A stretch of DNA of 17,715 nt from NCBI RefSeq assembly GCF_006345805.1, contig NW_021824789.1, positions 1 to 17,715 on the forward strand. Reading direction: 5' to 3'. This document shows, piece after piece, positions 1-8,388 of the stretch (its first letter is position 1; the number at the start of each line of letters is the position of its first letter). Source of the DNA: Octopus sinensis. Lineage: Eukaryota. The notes under the pieces are model-generated. The model had not been told where the DNA came from. It saw only the letters and a list, made by a program, of their open reading frames with translations, and ran no database searches. The translations under genes and the position numbers were made by a program.

Positions 1-402
1 CATACCTATATATATATATATATATATGTATACAAATATATGGGTGTGTGTATATATGTATGTGTGAGAGAGAGAGAGTTGAGTGTATCTACAGACATCT
101 ATGAATAAATATATTTACATACATGCTCAAACAGTTATACACACACACATATATACACATTCTTTATAAATACATGAATATATATATGAATATGTATATA
201 TTAATATGAATACATGAATATATATAAACGCATAAAATATACGCACTTGTACCCATATACACACCAATCGCACCGCACACACACGTGTATATATAGATAC
301 ATTAATGTATGCATATATGTGTGTGTGTGTGTATATGTATGTATATTATATATTATATATATATATATAATATATATATATTATATAATATATAATATAT
401 AT

Positions 403-436
<34 letters not shown>

Positions 437-530
437 AAAGTAAATGCATACAGGTACATATATACACAATTTACACATATATATGTATATATATATGTTC
501 ACACACACACGCCACACACACACACAATAT
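1..530. repeat. Mixed TA/CA/GA/TG microsatellite region
   Basis: Directly visible (TA)n, (GA)n, (CA)n and (TG)n runs; accounts for the Y/I-rich ORF 214..414. Confidence 0.95.
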
Positions 531-704
531 CCATGTTACACGAGGTGGGACACGAAATTTATGAAAATGTTCGAAGTGTTATTTTTCCTGAAATATATCT
601 ATTGTGATTTTGAGACATGATCTTCCGAAATATTCCATGGGGCACCCGCTCATGCACACACATCTCTCGTATAGACATCTCGCACAAACACACTGATACA
701 CTGC

Positions 705-705
<1 letters not shown>

Positions 706-764
<59 letters not shown>

Positions 765-828
765 CACACATATATATATATATATATCCATATATAACAC
801 GCACACACATGCATATATATATAATATA
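706..828. repeat. (TA)n microsatellite
   Basis: Long near-perfect TA run followed by mixed CA/TA. Confidence 0.95.
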
Positions 829-1222
829 TTGTTGGCATCCTTTTGTCTCGGGAGACAATGGAGTTGAACATAAACTAATCCAGTCTGGTTTTTACATTTC
901 ATGTCCTTTCCAGTTTCCCCTCCAGTTTTGCGCAGGCCTGGGTTAGATGTAAGAAAATCCTGGGCAGCCCAATCGTCAGGATTCCTCTCTCGACCTTGCT
1001 GACGTAGTCCAAGGGAGTGCAGAGCAATTCCTTTGGCACCAGCTTGGTTGCAGGAACTGACGGAAGAGTATCGAGTCGAACACTAAACCACCTACGGGGC
1101 TCCACTCCGGATTTCTTTCAAGTTTGTCTCCTTTCCGTAACCCAGGATAGGGGCCCATACCGGGTACTGTCAACCGGAGCCAACTGAGCCCGGGGTCGTG
1201 TCAGGCACGGTCGTCACACCCT
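829..1222 (-). mobile_element. Non-autonomous RTE-clade derivative (5'-UTR-like part joined to an RTE-type 3' tail)
   Basis: GC-richer island. The minus strand reads ...AAATCCGGAGTGGAGCCCC...CTGCAACCAAGCTGGTGCCAAAGGAATTGCTCTGCACTCCCTTGGACTAC...GGGCTGCCCAGGAT...CCCAGGCCTGCGC..., which resembles RTE/BovB-like 5' UTRs from memory. It ends CTCCATTGTCTCCCGAGACAAAAGGATGCCAACAA, an RTE-like tail. No RT ORF lies between them. Boundaries approximate. Confidence 0.55.
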
Positions 1223-1252
1223 GAAGTAGTGAAGAAATCGCTACCCACTACC

Positions 1253-1267
1253 TATATGTATATATAT

Positions 1268-1322
<55 letters not shown>

Positions 1323-1362
1323 CATTTATTCATATATATATATACATATATCACACATATAT
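1253..1362. repeat. (TA)n microsatellite
   Basis: Directly visible. Confidence 0.95.
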
Positions 1363-1463
1363 ACTTTCACAAATCGCTAGTGTACAAACTCAGGCGTCTT
1401 CAACAGGTACATATATTTACTGAGGTAGACACCATTCAAACTCATAGAATAACTCTCTCTCTC

Positions 1464-1497
<34 letters not shown>

Positions 1498-1516
1498 CTA
1501 TTATATATAATAATAA

Positions 1517-1571
1517 TGGCGGTGCCCCAGCATGGCCACAGCTCGTGAGCTGAAACTAGAATCAATCAATC
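1517..1571 (+). mobile_element. 5'-truncated SINE/RTE-type 3' tail fragment
   Basis: TGGCGGTGCCCCAGCATGGCCACAGCTCGTGAGCTGAAACTAGA followed by (ATCA)n. Near-identical to the reverse complement of 9391-9434 in this window. Contains the hairpin CAGCTC-GT-GAGCTG. Confidence 0.75.
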
Positions 1572-1870
1572 ATATATATATATATATAACATAGATAGAT
1601 AAATAGATAGATAGATAGATAGATAGATAGATGGATAGATAGATAGATGCTCACACATGCATACACACACACACACGTATATATATATATATATATATAT
1701 ATAACATATATATATATTGGTAGAAACATTTATGTATATATATGTATATACACTTATATATAAATGTATGTAGAACTCAGCCCTGGACTTGTAAAAGATA
1801 AAAGATATGTACATAAGCACACTTGCATATATGTGTGAGCGTATCTGTGTGCATGTGTGTGTATACGTAT
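1572..1870. repeat. Compound microsatellite (TA, TAGA, CA, TG)
   Basis: Directly visible; (TAGA)n at about 1590-1647. Confidence 0.9.
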
Positions 1871-2059
1871 GCGTGGCGTTTCCTAAGGTACCTTCTGCAT
1901 GAAAAGTACAGATTTAAGATGGCCTAATATGATATGTAATAATGGGCGTATTATTCTCATCATGATAGGTTTAATATACCCTTCATACATTTCAATGAAA
2001 ATTGATCGCACAAATACTATAATTAATTGCTCCCAACTATACCAAATATATTAACTGTT

Positions 2060-2608
2060 TATAAGTCAATGCTGTGTCCTATTTCAGTGTTAGCAGTGCG
2101 ATATAATCACTTTTAAGTTTTTCTCTCTGGATTTCCTATAGAATTTAGAGCCAGCAACGAAAGTTATGACGTTTCCTTTACAAATACATCTCAGTAAACA
2201 ATGCAATCGAAGAGAGAAAAGTAAGTAATTGGTGTATATAACTCCGCTAACTATCCAGGAATAATATGTTTAAATAGCTATTACGTTTAGCAGTGTTAAA
2301 CCAATATACATATTAAACACATTCCTGGCAACAGGTACATATATATTAATTGCCGGTAGGGACACTGTATTTCGTTATACATCCATAATATATTATGGAT
2401 GTATAATATACAATATATTTTAGGATATAAGTCAGTATTGAGTCCTACTTTTGTGTTAGCAGTGCGTTGTTTTCATTTTAAAGTTTTTCTCTACAGATAT
2501 TGTTTACAGAATTTAGAGTCACCACTGAAATTTACGACGGTTCCTGTACGAACACCTCTATGTAAACAATGCGATCGAAGATAGAAAAGTTAATGATATG
2601 TGTATATA
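2060..2608 (+). repeat. Two diverged direct copies of a ~180-bp exon-like unit (2060-2240 and 2426-2608, offset ~367 bp)
   Basis: Both copies share TATAAGTCA...GTGTTAGCAGTGCG...AAGTTTTTCTCT...AG|AATTTAGAG...GTAAACAATGC.ATCGAAGA.AGAAAAGT. The 79-nt cores 2142-2220 and 2510-2588 differ at 15 positions by my count. Confidence 0.85.
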
Positions 2609-2975
2609 CATATTTCAAGACTTGTTGCTTTTTCTTCAGCACCACACCCAACCCATTATCTATCCACGAACACATTGCTTAAATGCTCACGAAGTGCTGG
2701 CTCTGAATTCAACAAAAAATTTGTTGGGATAACTTTAAAATGTTATAATATCTTTTATTCGGTCTGGAATCTCTATTCCTTTAGAAGGCACCATGCGTAG
2801 CTCAGCAGTTCCAAAAGTACCAAAACGTGTTCGTAGTTCTTCCCATCACAATCAATGCCCCATTCCTCACTCTCACCCTTGTAGTTTTAACTTACATCTT
2901 GCAGATGTTCTGAGATGCATCGTCAGGAATGTTTCTGGGGTTTGGGGGTAGTTTGGTGCTTTTCAATAACATTAC

Positions 2976-3135
2976 CCCCTCACCCAGTTGACCCAACCGG
3001 AATCGAAGAAGTCCCAGCTTTCATTTCATCCCAACAGCAACCAACCACTGGTCTGCCCCTCACCCAGTTGACCCAACCGGAGTCGATCAAGTCCAAGCTC
3101 CCATTCAAATAGCAACTAACCACTATTCTTCCCCT
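2976..3135. repeat. Imperfect tandem duplication, units of 80 bp (2976-3055) and 75 bp (3056-3130)
   Basis: CCCCTCACCCAGTTGACCCAACCGGA is identical at 2976 and 3056; the rest aligns with one 5-nt indel; a third CCCCTC starts at 3131. Confidence 0.9.
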
Positions 3136-3167
3136 CTTCAAATATGGGTGGTTTAAAAGTCCTGTAA

Positions 3168-3258
3168 TCACACACACGCACGTACACACACACACACGCA
3201 CTACACACTCACACACACCACACACATACACACACACACACACATACACACACATATA
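3168..3258. repeat. (CA)n microsatellite
   Basis: Directly visible. Confidence 0.95.
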
Positions 3259-3259
3259 T

Positions 3260-3400
3260 AGTCACAGACGTGGTTGTGTAGTTACAAGCTTGTTTCCAAC
3301 TACATGGTTCCGGGTTCAGTCCCATATCTTCTACTTTAGTCTCGGACCGACCAAAGCCTTGTGAGTGGATATGGCAAGCGGAAACTGAAAGAAGCCTATC

Positions 3401-3403
<3 letters not shown>
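3260..3403 (+). mobile_element. Degenerate tRNA-derived SINE with internal deletion (octopus-type)
   Basis: A-box-like TGGTTGTGTAGTTA and B-box-like GGTTCAGTCCC. The body CTTCTACTTTAGTCTCGGACCGACCAAAGCCTTGTGAGTGGATATGGCAAGCGGAAACTGAAAGAAGCC runs into (TA)n and resembles an abundant octopus SINE from memory. Confidence 0.7.
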
Positions 3404-3435
<32 letters not shown>

Positions 3436-3441
<6 letters not shown>

Positions 3442-3975
3442 TGAGTAAAATGTAAGCAACGTTTTGAACCATGAAGAATTTGTACTGGATACTTGCAGAG
3501 TTTTGAAAATATTTTTAACATTGTTTTCCAATTGTCTGCTAATACAGACATAGACTCGCCCAAATAATCAATAAATTAACATCGATATTTTTTTCACCGT
3601 TGTTACAATCATCTGAGTTGGAACTGTCAATGTTCGATATTCGAGCAATTTTGCTATTCAACTTCAAAAAAGGACGTAAAGCAGCTAAAACTGTTTGCAA
3701 TATCGACGAAACGTTTGGTGAGGAAATCACCAGTGAGTGGTCAGCTCGAAAATGGTTTAAATGATTTTGAATGATTTCGCAGTGGAGACTTGAGCCTTGA
3801 AGATCGTGAGCGTACTGGGCGTCCATCTGTCATCGATGACGCTCAATTAAAGACTGTCATTGAGAAAGATTCACGTGAAACCCCTCGAAAACTGGCAAAA
3901 GAATTTCAAGTTAGCATGAAAACTGCCTGCAACCATTTGCATGCGATAAGAAAATCAAAAAAGCTCGACAAATGC
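3436..3975 (+). mobile_element. Mariner (Tc1/mariner) transposon 5' fragment: left TIR plus N-terminal DNA-binding part of a defective transposase
   Basis: TA followed by TIR-like TAAAGTTGAGTAAAATGTAAGCAACGTTTT (3436-3465). From 3618 it reads ELSMFDIRAILLFNFKKGRKAAKTVCNIDETFGEEITSEWSARKWFK. After a ~10-nt duplication/frameshift near 3760-3780 it continues FRSGDLSLEDRERTGRPSVIDDAQLKTVIEKDSRETPRKLAKEF...HLHAIRKSKKLDK. This matches mariner HTH regions and is truncated just before the WVPHEL motif. Confidence 0.9.
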
Positions 3976-4185
3976 TGAGTCTTTCGCCACAACTTTCTCT
4001 CACTCTTTCTTCTACATCTTGCAGCTCACCTGCGACGGACCGGCATCCCGTCCAGTGGGAAACCTATACGTCAAGGAAATGACGGACCGGTGTCCCGTCC
4101 AGGTGGGGAACCTATACGCCAAAGAAACCGGGAAACCGGCCCTTATGAGCCAGGCGTGGTTCGAGAAGGAACAAACAACAAACAA
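3976..4185 (+). mobile_element. 5'-truncated SINE (3' part) with internal 47/48-bp tandem duplication
   Basis: The start CTTTCGCCACAACTTTCTCTCACTCTT matches 15363-15390 of the full-length SINE in this window, then diverges into a different tail ending GAGAAGGAACAAACAACAAACAA. GACGGACCGG...CCTATACG..AAGGAAA is duplicated at 4034-4080 and 4081-4128. Confidence 0.7.
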
Positions 4186-4395
4186 TGTCCAATCCCGTCA
4201 TTTTGTATATACAGGTTTTCATTGACAATCTTTTTCTTTTTTCAACCTATCATTTTCTATACGAAGGATTTAATTATCCAATGTTTCCGAAAATTCCTGA
4301 CTTTATTTCTGTTTTCCTTCTGGCTGAGTTATTCGAAATTTTATTGTTATTTCTCTCAAGTTATTTCATGTAGGATTTGTCTCGTTGTCTCGCAG

Positions 4396-4422
4396 TTCAA
4401 ATGTGCTGATATTCGAAGGAAG
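4396..4422 (+). other. Candidate 27-nt microexon
   Basis: Acceptor TTTGTCTCGTTGTCTCGCAG| and consensus donor AAG|GTGAGT. Length is divisible by 3; open as FKCADIRRK (phase 0) or SNVLIFEG (phase 2). No transcript evidence. Confidence 0.3.
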
Positions 4423-5007
4423 GTGAGTCGAGCAAAGCGGACCAAACCACGAGAGGTGTGACAGAATTTATTGAAATGCTTTTCAGCAAATTCGTAAAAA
4501 CGGCTGAAAGCCAGCTGTGAACTGTTTGTTTATTTATTGAAGACAGTAAATAACAAATAAATACTATAAGAAAAACGCAAAAAAAAAATCAAAATAAAAT
4601 AAAATACCGGAAAACAGTTTAGTTTTCAGATGTTCAGTGGTTATATATTGAAAGGATGAGTGTCGAGGAGGTGTTTTGTAAGCATGCTTAATCTGATTAG
4701 ATGACAGAGGTGTTTTAGCATGGTATCATTGAAGGTTTCCCGAAGCAGTGATGTATGAGGCCGCGCACATCAAAGGGCCGCAATAAAAGGTGTAATTTAA
4801 AGAATGGTTTGCTCAATGAGGAAATCGTGCTAGGGGGCGTTGTGTAACTAAGTGCTAAAGGGATTGATTGAGACATTAAACATTGTTTGTATTGATTCAG
4901 TGAATTATGAGGTTTCACCTGTAACAAATGGGTTGGTACGAACCAACAAAATACGAGAGGAGTGTTTCTAGGAGGACAGCCGACCCGCTAGAAATAGCAG
5001 CAAAGAA

Positions 5008-5796
5008 GGCGGCGAGCTGGCAGAAACGTTAGCACGCCGGGCGAAATGCTTAGCGGTATTTCGTCTGTCGCTACGTTCTGAGTTCAAATTCCGCCGAAGT
5101 CGACTTTGCCTTTCATCCTCTCGGGGTCGATTAAATAAGTGCCAGTTACGCACTGGGGTCGATATAATCGACTTAATCCGTTTGTCTGTCCTTGTTTGTC
5201 CCCTCTGTGTTTAGCCCCTTGTGGGTAGTAAAAAAATTGGTATTTCGTCTGCCGCTATGTTCTGAGTTCAAATTCCGCCGCGGTCGGCTTTGCCTTTCAT
5301 CGATTCGGGGTCGATAAATTAAGTAACATTTACGCACTGGGGTCGATATAATCGACTTAATCCGTTTGTCTGTCCTTGTTTGTCCCCTCTGTGTTTTAGC
5401 CCCTTGTGGGTAGTAAAAAAATTGGGTATTTTCGTCTGCCGCTATGTTCTGAGTTCAAATTCCGCCGCGGTCGGCTTTGCCTTTCATCGATTCGGGGTCG
5501 ATAAATTAAGTAACATTTACGCACTGGGGTCGATATAATCGACTTAATCCGTTTGTCTGTCTTGTTTGTCCCCTCTGTGTTTTAGCCCCTTGTGGGTATT
5601 AAAAAAATTGGTATTTTCGTCCTGCCGCTATGTTCTGAGTTCAAATTTCCTCCGCGGTCGGCTTTGCCTTTCATCGATTCGGGGTCGATAAATTAAGTAA
5701 CATTTACGCACTGGGGTCGATATAATCGACTTAATCCGTTTATCTATCCTTGTTTGTCCCCTCTAAGTTTAGCCCCTTGTAGGCAATAAAGAAATA
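5008..5796 (+). mobile_element. tRNA-derived octopus-type SINE expanded into a 4-unit head-to-tail array, flanked by a 15-bp TSD
   Basis: Unit 1 is full length (GGCGGCGAGCTGGCAGAAACGTTAGC..., B-box GAGTTCAAATTCC). Units 2-4 start at GGTATTTCG (5239, 5425, 5610; period ~185 bp). TSD: AGAAATAGCAGCAAA 4990-5004 and AGAAATATCAGCAAA 5797-5811 (1 mismatch). Confidence 0.9.
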
Positions 5797-5942
5797 AGAA
5801 ATATCAGCAAACATTTCCTTCAAATTACACCTGCGTGTCACAGGTAGGACTTGGCCGAAGACAGGTACTTAAGGGGATCGCACGACTTTGTTATGATTAT
5901 CAGTAACATCAACCCCGCCAGCAAAATCATATTCTATCATAT

Positions 5943-6173
5943 TTGACCCTTCAGAAACCAACATTTTTGAGACCCACCGCTTTGGTTTAATAGAATAAAT
6001 TCCTTCTTTTAAAAACTTATCTAAATTTAAACCTTGAATCAAAATTTTATGTTATTATGTTAAAAACACCAGATTAACAACGACAGGTATTTTACTAAAT
6101 TCTTCACTATTCTCAAAATTTATTGAAACAAGGTAATTGTATTTCAACAGAAATATGGCAACAAAAGGCTTAG
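5943..6173. mobile_element. Degenerate ~230-bp MITE with TTAA-CCC...GGG-TTAA-like ends (piggyBac-like)
   Basis: Left end TTGA-CCCTTCAGAAACCAA and right end TATGGCAACAAAAGGC-TTAG are decayed inverted termini. The AT-rich interior resembles a common octopus non-autonomous DNA element from memory. Confidence 0.5.
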
Positions 6174-6432
6174 AGTGATCTAAAGTAACCCCCCCCCCAC
6201 TGTTATGGTGAGGAGCTATCAGAAACCAAAGAAATAATTCCAGTACTGACACACAAAACCCTTTTCTATGAAATTCCTTGAACCTTAATATCTGCCTCCT
6301 AAAAGGTATCTGTTTTCTAAACGATTTGTTTATCGCAATATGGTCTGATGTCCAAGAAAATTTGAGTAAGGCTCATATTTAAAAAATACATACATATATA
6401 CATACATACAAACATTCACTCATACGTGCAAA

Positions 6433-6842
6433 CTCAAGTTTATACCTGAAATTATTGGGGCACTGGGATATGTGACACACTGCCTAAATACCAATCATCA
6501 GAAATTATGATTCGCAAAACCAGAAAGGAGAAGGCTAATTCGAAGACTACAGATCCAATCCATCACTGGAACTATAAAAATCCGTAAATTTTTCCAGAAG
6601 TTTATCATTTAAAAATATATGAGCATGTCTAGATATGCAACTATATGCATGAGAATACATACATAATGCAAAACATGCAAATCTTCACATGCACTGAGTC
6701 CAAATATTGGACATATACAGACCTGTAAGCAAAAATTCCCTAAGGATGTTGGTGAAATTCCAATGAAGGGATCTTGGATCTAGGTTCGAAACCGGCTATT
6801 TCTCTAGTGGTAACGAAACATGAAATTAAATGGAATAACGAC
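6433..6842 (+). mobile_element. R4/Dong-type LINE (family A) 3' fragment: ORF C-terminus plus 3' UTR
   Basis: Reads KFIPEIIGALGYVTHCLNTNHQKL*FAKPERRRLIRRLQIQSITGTIKIRKFFQKFII* (stop 6610-6612). This is the typical RLE C-terminus (IPxIIGALG...LQ...GT.KI). Homologous to 9527-9810; runs into (TA)n. Confidence 0.85.
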
Positions 6843-6862
6843 ATATATATATATATATAATA

Positions 6863-6924
<62 letters not shown>

Positions 6925-7047
6925 GTATGTATGTATGTATATATGTGTGTATGTATGTATGTATATGTATGGTATATATATGTATATATATGTGTGTGTG
7001 TAAGTATATATAAAGATAGATAGTTTTATACATATACACACACACTC

Positions 7048-7086
<39 letters not shown>

Positions 7087-7310
7087 TTATGTATACATAT
7101 ATATGTATTTATATATTTATATACGATATATATATATATGTATATATACATATTTATATATATATGTATATAAATATATAGACATATATATAAACATATA
7201 TATATATATACATATTTATATATATATATATACATATACATACGTATATATATGTATATATTATATATATATATATATAATTATATATATATAATATATA
7301 TATATATAAT
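6843..7310. repeat. Compound (TA)n/(TATG)n microsatellite
   Basis: Directly visible; source of the Y/I-rich ORFs. Confidence 0.95.
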
Positions 7311-7565
7311 CACTGTGTGTAAGTAGAAAGATGCACACACACACACACCTACTTCACCTGGCCGAACCCATTTGGCAGCCCTAAATGAGGTATCGTCGTC
7401 GTCTCAACTGTGTGAATACACCATCAAAAACGAAGCTACTGTTATTGTTGTTCTTGGCGGAGGTGGTGGTGGTGGTGGTGGTGGTGGTGGTGGCCAAGGC
7501 ATTGTTCTAACTCGCCGTGAGACCCCCAGGTGGGGGGTAGGTATCTGATTCGAATCGAAGACACC

Positions 7566-7622
7566 CTAGACGTCGCTATCTGGCCAAGTCTCAAATTCGA
7601 CACTTTTGCACTGATTAGTCTG
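7566..7622 (-). CDS. Possible terminal coding exon of the minus-strand model (QTNQCKSVEFETWPDSDV*)
   Basis: The YAG acceptors at 7623, 7620 and 7611 all give the same phase-0 frame ending in TAG 7568-7566. An upstream AAG acceptor at 7630 would instead give QPAD*. Confidence 0.25.
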   Translation of the reverse strand, partial: QTNQCKSVEFETWPDSDV

Positions 7623-7775
7623 CTGGTTGCTTCATAAGGACGGAACACGTGCAACAACAAGCCACACACACACACACACATACACACACACTCATGCACA
7701 CAAGCACTCACGCATACACACACACACAAGCACTCACGCATACACACATACACATGTACTCACACAATTACACAC

Positions 7776-8218
7776 CTGTAAACTGAGGGTAAAGTGGCCT
7801 CTGTCGTTGTTGGTTGTGGTGGTGGAGCCGAAGATGGTGTATGCGGTGGTGGTGGTGGTGGTGGTGGTGGTGGTGGTGGTGGTGGTGGTGGTGGTGGTGG
7901 TGGTGGTAGTGGTTGTTTCGGTTTCAACTGCGCTGGTGATGGTGGTGGTGGAGGTGGTGGTGGAGGTGATGCTGGTGGTAGTGGTGGTGGTGGTGGTGAC
8001 GGTGGTGGTGATGCTGCAGGTGGTAGCGGTGTGGTGGTGATTATGGTGGTGGAGGTGATGCTGCTGGGGGTGGTGGTGGCGGTGGTGGAGGTGATGCTGG
8101 TGGCGGTGGTGGTGGTGGCGGTGGAGATGGTTATATTTCATGCCGGTGGTTGTTGTGGTTGTGGTGGTGGTGATGGTGATGCTGGTGCTGGTGTCGCTGT
8201 CGGTGAGGGAGCGACCAT
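7776..8218 (-). CDS. Candidate 443-nt coding exon, Thr/Ser/His-rich low-complexity protein
   Basis: Pyrimidine-rich acceptor ...ATCGTCCACATCAACAG|AT at 8219 and donor TTACAG|GTGTGT at 7775, followed by a TG repeat. The frame is open throughout: GRSLTDSDTSTSITITTT...GMKYNHLHRHHHH...TTTSAVETETTTT...AYTIFGSTTTTNNDRGHFTLSLQ. Trinucleotide repeats stay open easily, so support is limited. Confidence 0.4.
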
Positions 8219-8388
8219 CTGTTGATGTGGACGATAATGGTGAGCAGGCGGAGGAGGAGGAGTAGTGGTAGGAGGCAGAGGCAGAGAGGAAGGAGGAGAC
8301 GTCTCAGCTTTCTCAGGCTACTTTACCTTCAAGGTTGACCCCCCCTCACCACCACCACGGCCCCCTCGACGAACCAGTAACTACATAC

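Noticed and set aside
533-607. Short + ORF MLHEVGHEIYENVRSVIFPEIYLL with a YENV tyrosine motif
   Set aside because: Only 24 codons between microsatellites, with no convincing splice sites; one short motif can arise by chance.
1100-1222. HDV-like ribozyme expected at an RTE 5' end
   Set aside because: I could not find the L3 (YYCHCG-like) loop or a consistent nested double pseudoknot by eye; an RNArobo or Infernal search would be needed.
1235-1379. AAATCGCTA repeated at 1235 and 1371 around a TA tract (possible TSD)
   Set aside because: Only 9 bp, enclosing nothing but microsatellite; no element can be assigned.
4222-4252. Possible right mariner TIR (…TTTTTTCAACCTA)
   Set aside because: Only the last ~8 nt resemble the reverse complement of the left TIR, and no transposase sequence resumes after the SINE fragment.
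2976-5796. Tandem repeats (80 bp, 47 bp, 185 bp) as CRISPR-like arrays
   Set aside because: No unique spacers between constant repeats, eukaryotic context, no cas genes.
7442-7753. Minus ORF ending GHHHHHHHHHHLRQEQQ as the coding frame
   Set aside because: It starts in a TG repeat and is not phase-compatible with the phase-0 donor at 7775 through any nearby acceptor. It cannot be fully excluded if there are assembly indels.
7794-8225. + strand Gly-rich ORF (GGGGD/GGDY repeats) as a structural protein
   Set aside because: It switches between Gly and Val frames and has no credible + strand splice sites or ATG start, whereas the minus strand has matched sites. Kept only as an alternative pending stranded RNA data.
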